Below, one piece after another: positions 31,958-32,000 of a DNA stretch of 32,000 bases; the first letter of the stretch is position 1; each line of letters opens with the position of its first letter. The notes beneath the pieces were generated by a model. That model saw only the letters and a list, made by a program, of their open reading frames with translations. It was not told where the DNA came from and searched no databases. The stretch lies in contig CP095464.1 of NCBI GenBank assembly GCA_021294815.2, forward strand, positions 600,001 to 632,000. Reading direction: 5' to 3'. A program made the position numbers and the translations under genes. This DNA comes from Verrucomicrobiota bacterium (lineage in GTDB: Bacteria > Verrucomicrobiota > Verrucomicrobiia > Opitutales > LL51).

Positions 31958-32000
31958 GGAACGATCTACTCCAGCATGTCTCGGATGGCGCGTTTGTAGA

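Noticed and set aside
31809-32000. Open plus-strand frame starting at ATG 31809 and running through the tRNA-Val gene to the window end
   Set aside because: It overlaps a well-folded tRNA and its promoter-like region, so it is an artefact of the absence of stops in a short stretch.
31966-32000. Possible 3' end of a minus-strand gene (…YKRAIRDMLE, stop = complement of 31966-31968)
   Set aside because: Only 10 codons are visible. That is too little to support a feature or a product call.
31881-32000. tRNA-Val as an integration hotspot, with a possible genomic island starting at the window edge
   Set aside because: I found no direct repeat of the tRNA 3' end, no integrase and no compositional break within the 43 nt available. 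It cannot be assessed from this window.
1-32000. CRISPR arrays, IS elements, prophage, toxin-antitoxin or known defence-system genes
   Set aside because: I scanned the ORF translations and intergenic regions on both strands. I found no repeat-spacer periodicity, transposase or integrase motifs, terminal inverted repeats or recognisable defence domains. Detection of long-range nucleotide repeats by eye is limited.

Overview
Dense chromosomal segment with about 33 protein genes and 1 tRNA. Intergenic space is minimal and many start/stop codons overlap (ATGA, TGATG). The host makes LPS (kdsA, gmhB, hldC). It is plausibly a PVC/Verrucomicrobiota-type bacterium; that is an inference from an Amuc_1100-like gene and from broken versions of classic operons. 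I saw no CRISPR array, transposase, integrase or large repeat. Most genes are housekeeping. Plus strand: gpmI (partial), prepilin peptidase, ftsY, an ABC ATPase plus anchored binding protein, ruvA-ruvX, nusA-infB-rbfA, a thymidine-phosphorylase-like gene coupled to kdsA, sstT, rpmJ/rpmE (zinc-independent B types), grpE-dnaJ, a TPR protein plus a DUF2062-like protein, and tRNA-Val(CAC). Minus strand: plsY, hldC, nusB, clpP, tig, an APC permease, gmhB, pgk, an orphan secreted protein, dnaX and a helical-repeat protein. The best candidate for an uncharacterised system is 16251-19270. It holds three co-oriented, tightly coupled ORFs directly after rbfA: a small lipoprotein, a GspL-like PilM/PilN-type fusion, and a PilO-like Amuc_1100-like protein with a long beta-rich C-terminal extension. 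Together they resemble a stripped-down, very divergent type IV pilus / T2SS alignment subcomplex with no adjacent secretin, ATPase or pilin. The next gene is a thymidine-phosphorylase homologue whose phosphate/nucleoside-binding loops are visibly degenerate and which overlaps kdsA. Other curiosities are abutting divergent start codons (CATATG) for gmhB/ftsY, a helical-repeat protein where ybaB-recR normally follow dnaX, a recurrent T-tract+TTGAC promoter-like motif, and a candidate leaderless dnaX promoter. All functional calls rest on motif recognition by eye; no searches were run.
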